Both the position numbers and the translations under genes were made by a program. From contig JBJCIZ010000751.1 of the NCBI GenBank assembly GCA_051294375.1, forward strand, positions 1 through 29,278: a stretch of 29,278 bases of DNA. Direction: 5' to 3'. The notes beneath the pieces are model-generated. The model had not been told where the DNA came from and ran no database searches. It was given only the letters and a program-made list of their open reading frames with translations. The first letter of the stretch is position 1; each line of letters opens with the position of its first letter. The DNA is from Paraspadella gotoi (lineage: Eukaryota > Animalia > Chaetognatha). This document shows positions 27,807-29,278 of this stretch, piece by piece.

Positions 27807-29278
27807 CTTCCGCACATTCTTTCCTTTTCAACTCTGTCCCTTCTTTTCCTCCTCTAGGATTTTCAAACTCGGGTCGTCGTCGTCATCGTCATCGTGTCGT
27901 CGTCGTCCTAATCGCGTTCGTCGCCTCGAATTCAATTTGCATCTTGCGGCCGCAGCCGTAGCGCCGCCGCCGCCGCCGCCTACTAACTTCATTAAACGTC
28001 CGCTCATCATTTTGCCTCATATATTTTTATTAATTTTTTTCTACGAGCGTGACGTTTGATTTGACGACTCCGCTAAGCGCGGCGCTATTGCGCAGGCGCG
28101 TAGCTCGGAGCGAATATTTAGCTGAAAAGAGAATATATATGAGGCGTTAACTGTGCGTTTATGAAATTGTAACAATGCTGTTTATTATTTCAACAATAAA
28201 ACTTTCGTAATTACTTTTTTTTCTTTGCCAAGAAAGAAAAAAATATTGGTGCAAACCAATATAAAAATTACCCATTAATTTATAAGTAAGCTATCTTGAG
28301 TGATAATTACGAGAGTAAATTATTATATTTAATTAAAACATCTTCTTTCGCTTTTTGACTCGAAATTCGTGGCTCGAAAGCGTTGAGCGATTATATTCTA
28401 AACAACTTAATTATTGTGCTTACCGTCAATCACTTGTCTCCAATATCGAATGTTATTAACTTCAAAAGGTCAACTGGTCAAGATCGGGAAAAGGAAATTC
28501 AAGAGGCTCTCATTCTTTCGGACAAATCAATGTAGATTGTCGACGTAGAGATCAAATCATCGCTAACTCGCCAATGTAGTTGAAAGAAATAAAATGAAAT
28601 TATTAACAAACTTGTTAGAACCATAATATATCTTTATTGCCTGTAACTGGAGAATCAGTTTGGGGATATCAAACGAAATATTTTTGGAAGAAAAAATTCT
28701 CAACATACATCAAGAATTAGATGCATTTTTAACGGTTTATTATTATTATGGAAAAACTTAAATACTGCAATATGCAAATTAGATTTAAGTGTCTTTCGAG
28801 AAAGAGAAACAAAAAAAAAACAGAGAAATGGCAAAACTAAGACACAAAAAAACGAAAATGAACAAAATATTTAAGATGGAAAAATAAAAAATAGTAATAG
28901 ATAAGTCATTACTAATCTCACAAGATTTAGTAAGTTTCATGAATTTTCCCCCAGATTTACATCACTAAAACTGTTCAAACTCGTGGTAGCCGCTGATCGT
29001 TTCGGATGGCCTTCTACCGTCTGGCGATGAAGGACTCCGCTTCGCCTTCGCCTGCGACGTCCACCGCCTCAATCATCACCGATGTGGAAGGGGAAAGGGC
29101 AGGCGGGAACCTACCTTTTATCGGTGGGTGAGGAGAGAGAGAGAAGGAAAAGAAATAAGGAACGATAGTAGGTGTAAAAAGCGGGTCTTGGGGACTAGAA
29201 AATCTGTGGGACAATTTCTGGGGGACGAAGTTGAACGGGACCATCTCAGCGGGAGGATCGTAGTGGGACGTAGTGGAG

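Noticed and set aside
22856-28059. Phe/Ser/Leu-rich 'membrane' ORFs (22856, 26705, 26728, 27598)
   Set aside because: Translations of CT-rich microsatellite or polypyrimidine tracts.

Overview
Bases 1 to about 21.5 kb are the right-hand part of an integrated Polinton/Maverick (adintovirus-like dsDNA virus/transposon) in an animal, probably invertebrate, genome. The + strand carries a morphogenesis/integration module: packaging ATPase (frameshifted, 5' end outside the window), small conserved core-type proteins with Q-x-G-x-G motifs, a DDE integrase with a degenerate chromodomain-like tail, minor capsid, a Lys-rich core protein, major capsid and an adenain-type protease. An 803-aa Pro/Ser/acidic orphan follows. 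The - strand carries a protein-primed family B DNA polymerase of about 1,690 aa. Two clean spliceosomal introns interrupt it, one inside catalytic motif A, and it carries Cys-pair-bracketed insertions. Beyond the polymerase is an accessory module that the ORF track misses: two paralogous, multi-exon, mucin-stalk single-pass membrane proteins. They share a small two-Cys ectodomain motif with a conserved intron position and have Tyr/SH2-type cytoplasmic motifs; one has a promoter with C/EBP, AP-1, STAT and octamer sites. A small Cys-rich gene behind an AP-1 array follows. From about 22 kb to the end the sequence looks like AT-rich host DNA with CT microsatellites, repeat remnants and a few possible exons. 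The element's right terminus/TIR could not be fixed. Scattered single-base frameshifts and an N-gap suggest a low-accuracy assembly or early decay.
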